A stretch of DNA of 64,000 nucleotides, from contig JBLDXI010000017.1 of the NCBI GenBank assembly GCA_047495785.1, forward strand, positions 3,038,001 to 3,102,000. Direction: 5' to 3'. A program made the position numbers and the translations under genes. Below are positions 60,942 to 64,000 of this stretch, piece by piece. Positions within the stretch are counted from its first letter, which is position 1, and each line of letters opens with the position of its first letter. A model generated the notes under the pieces. The model searched no databases. It saw only the letters and a list, made by a program, of their open reading frames with translations, and was not told the origin of the DNA. The DNA is from Lepidodermella squamata. Taxonomy: Eukaryota; Animalia; Gastrotricha.

Positions 60942-63900
60942 ATGTTCGCCGCCAAAAGGCTGATGTCCCTCGGCGGTTCCGATATGGGTGATGGCGATGA
61001 TAAAGATGCGAACGAAGATCTACCCACGCCTGGGCCTATAGTTGAACTGGAAGGCGACGAAGAGAGCAACTTGCGGCGCGCTGTTGTCGACATTGTCATT
61101 CGAGTGTTCTGCGTTGGCCGGCTGCGGCAATCGGCTTTTCCGGTCAACGGCGAGTCACGGGCCCAGCCTTATGAAAATTACGACAGCGAGCAAATCGACA
61201 CGCAGCTAACCGATGAAGTCGATGCACTCATCGCTAAATATCTATTCGACGGCGACATTCAGTGCCTGCGAAACTTTTCAGCCACAAGTGGCTCAAGTGG
61301 CGCCAGCGCAGGCGGCGATGCTTCTTCCTCGCCATCTTCCCCAAGCTACACGGTTTGCGGCCGACTTTTCAAAGCACAAGATGTTGTTTACAGCTGCCGT
61401 GACTGTGCCATCGACAACACTTGTGTCCTGTGTGCTACCTGCTTCATGCAATCGGACCACACCGGCCATAACTACCGAATGCACGCATCGGGTGGCGGCG
61501 GCTACTGTGATTGCGGTGACATTGAAGCCTGGCGCCGTTCTCCTGCTTGCAAGCTTCATACCAACGCTGCATTGAGCGCGTCCCCTTGCGATGCTGCAAC
61601 ACCCCAGCCGCAAGTTTCACCGGCGGTAGTAGCCGAAAGAGCAAGTCAGTTCTTGCGCCACATAATGAGACTGATTGAGCAAGTTCTAACGATGCAGATG
61701 GACGCTTTACCGGCTGATCTTCATGCCGCATTCGCCAAGAGCTTTCCAAGTGCCCTCACCGGCTGGCTATCGATTCTGTTCAATGATGAGATTCACAGGT
61801 AAACTAATAGGTTTCAATAAAATGGCAGCCTCACTTCTAGGTTGAGCAAATAGCATAATTTTTCAATCTTTGGTTTTATTTTGGAAATGCGCTCATAGTT
61901 TGCAGAGTTCAAATTATCAGCCTCACAATGAACTGAATTAAATTGAGAATTTAAGAAGTAAGAATAGGGGGAATTTTGACCCTTGCCCTCAAGTATTGTT
62001 GTTGATACCTGCTTCAAATGAGTTTTCGATTTTACTTTTTTCAGTTTCGATGAGGTCATTCGAACCTTGCGCTATGCCGTCAGCTGCAGCAATTCGATGG
62101 CGGAAGCTTTCGCCACGCTGGTGGACCGCAAGGGTCGTAGCTTGATATTTTACGGCCGACAGGCCGCGTGCCTCAACGCCACTAATCGAGTTGCTCAGCG
62201 CAGTGCTCAAGAGAACGCAAAGCACATGCCCCTTCGCGTGCAGTCGGCGACGTTTGGTGCTTTTCAGTTGCAGGAAGTTGCCGGTAAACCGAAGGAATTC
62301 CGCGTTGTATCACTACTAATTATGCCTATTTATGTTTTAGTTCGCATTCTCGACTTGATAATTTCTCGCCTATTGACCAATTCCCCGGATATGCAGCGTG
62401 CTATTCTCAACGCGCTCGAAGCACCTTGCCTACGCCCTGCTGATGACCGCAATCAGCTTCTTGTTTTGGACTCGCTTCTGCTGGCAAACAGCGCCTTGTG
62501 GAAAGCCGCTCGCTCCTCCACGCATCAATTCTTCATGGCGGCTGCCTTTAGTTTGCCTGAATGCAGACGTAAGAAAGGCGAAATTTTCGATCATTCAATA
62601 TGTTTGATATTTCGATATTTCCAGGCCGATTCGGCATGTGCTATGCCCGCAATTACTCACAAATCATGAGCAATTTCGTCGAGAAAGATTTTCATCACTA
62701 CAAGGATTCGATTGTTTCAGTTTCTGTCCAGTTATTCACTGTGCCTTCGCTGGTGCTGACTCTAGTTGAGCAGCTCGACTTCATTGTTAAGATCGCAGGT
62801 GCAATTCGAACTTCAATTGAACCCGCAATCAACAGCGAAATGGGTGAGTTTCTTCGGCCAGGGTCTTGGGTTTGGGTTCCCTGTGGTCCATGCTGGGATG
62901 TAATACACGTTTGTGTTATTTAGGCATAGTTCCGTCGTCGGAACAGCTTGAAAGCGACTCTGTCCCGCCCTTCCTAATAGAACACTTGGCCGAAACTGTA
63001 AATGATATTGAGTATGTACTTTACTGTCACAGATCCTGCCTCGGGTGTCTCTCGTGAAATCATCGACACGAGCAAACTACAGTCCATGGCTCGTACCCTT
63101 CCATCGCCTTACGCTTTTGCCGCGCATGACTTCAGGTGCGAAATGCGTGCAAAACCATTCTTGTGCCTTCTTCTTACTTTGCTTGAATGGACTGTCGATT
63201 GCTTCGTATGTCGTTGAACTTTTCAACGAGGCATCGGCAGCTTGCTAACTCTTTTTTCCACCGCTTCAAACTAACTGTGTGTTAATTTTTCCAGATATGT
63301 GTTGCGATCTCTTCCGAATGAACTTCCACTTTGGTCTGATGCGGTGGAGGACGCAGTTCTGCGAGGGTTCGTGTCCTTCGTTCACCAAGTCGTGAAACCC
63401 TTCACTGGTACGGACGCTTTGACCCGACGAGTCGGCGAACACGTCGAATGGGATCCAGTCCTCACGAACGCATTCTCCTTTTTCGACAGCGTTCATCCGA
63501 CGCTGTTCCTATTCTACAACCGTCTTGTTTCGCCTCATAAGGTTTTTTAACGGAATTTCGTGGTTCAAAAGTAGTAACTTGATTTTGTTTACAGCCTCAA
63601 AGATTGACAAATGCACTCTCTATGATTCGACCTACGCTCAACGCATCTCTGCGATCACTCAACTGCTTTGCCAGCCATGTGGTTAAGCTGGAACTTCGTC
63701 GTGCTGCTGATAAGGCTGGCAGCGTTCAGTCGCCGCCGAAACAGCGCAAGTCCGATGAATCGGAGCATTCTGCTGCGAATCAGAGTGTTGTTGATTCGCT
63801 GATGGCTCAGCTGACGCCGGGTGTCACCCTGGAAGCGACGTGTTCGGGTCACAACGTGACTATTGATCCGGTTTCTCTCCACAACGGCGTGCCTCGAGTA

Positions 63901-64000
63901 ATATACGATCTGATGGGAGGTGCTGCATCTCTAGGCATCCAGCCGTGGTTCGCGCTATGCGGAGGCCAGCCGGATGCTCCAGCTTACGATGAATTGACGC
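60942..64000 (+). CDS. UBR1: E3 ubiquitin ligase UBR1/UBR2 (N-recognin), continues beyond window
   Basis: UBR box CGRLFK..YSCRDC..DNTCVLC..CF..H.GH.Y..GGGYCDCGD.EAW..C..H, ClpS-like LFNDEIHSFDEVI, SVQLFTVPSL and RRVGEHVEWD. Confidence 0.95.

Overview
A gene-dense eukaryotic window from a compact invertebrate metazoan genome (taxon not assignable from sequence alone). Introns are mostly about 50-65 nt and GT-AG. About 15 protein-coding genes are supported: an SLC35A-type nucleotide-sugar transporter, FAM177A1, STIP1/Hop, homocysteine S-methyltransferase, an orphan coiled-coil gene, NAA20, a giant beta-heavy spectrin, two tandem EFCAB7 paralogs, a NIPA Mg2+ transporter, a 26/29-kDa-type cathepsin with the catalytic Cys replaced by Asp, an intronless GABA-B-like class C GPCR, a PAR/giant-like bZIP, an F-box/WD40 protein, striatin, and a UBR1/2 N-recognin running off the end. 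A TA-flanked MITE and a perfect heat-shock element are also present. Six signals stand out. (1) A recurring pattern of AATAAA, about 41-46 nt, an unpaired 3' splice site, then the next gene, suggesting SL-trans-spliced operons, one headed by an HSE. (2) A roughly 300-aa RGPNGE repeat insert splitting the spectrin actin-binding domain. (3) A 723-nt hairpin-rich last intron of NAA20. (4) Sterically mutually exclusive exons in UBR1/2. (5) A spectrin microexon, internal first exon and alternative tails. (6) The cathepsin pseudoprotease. Exon boundaries were read by eye and family assignments come from remembered motifs; no database search was run.
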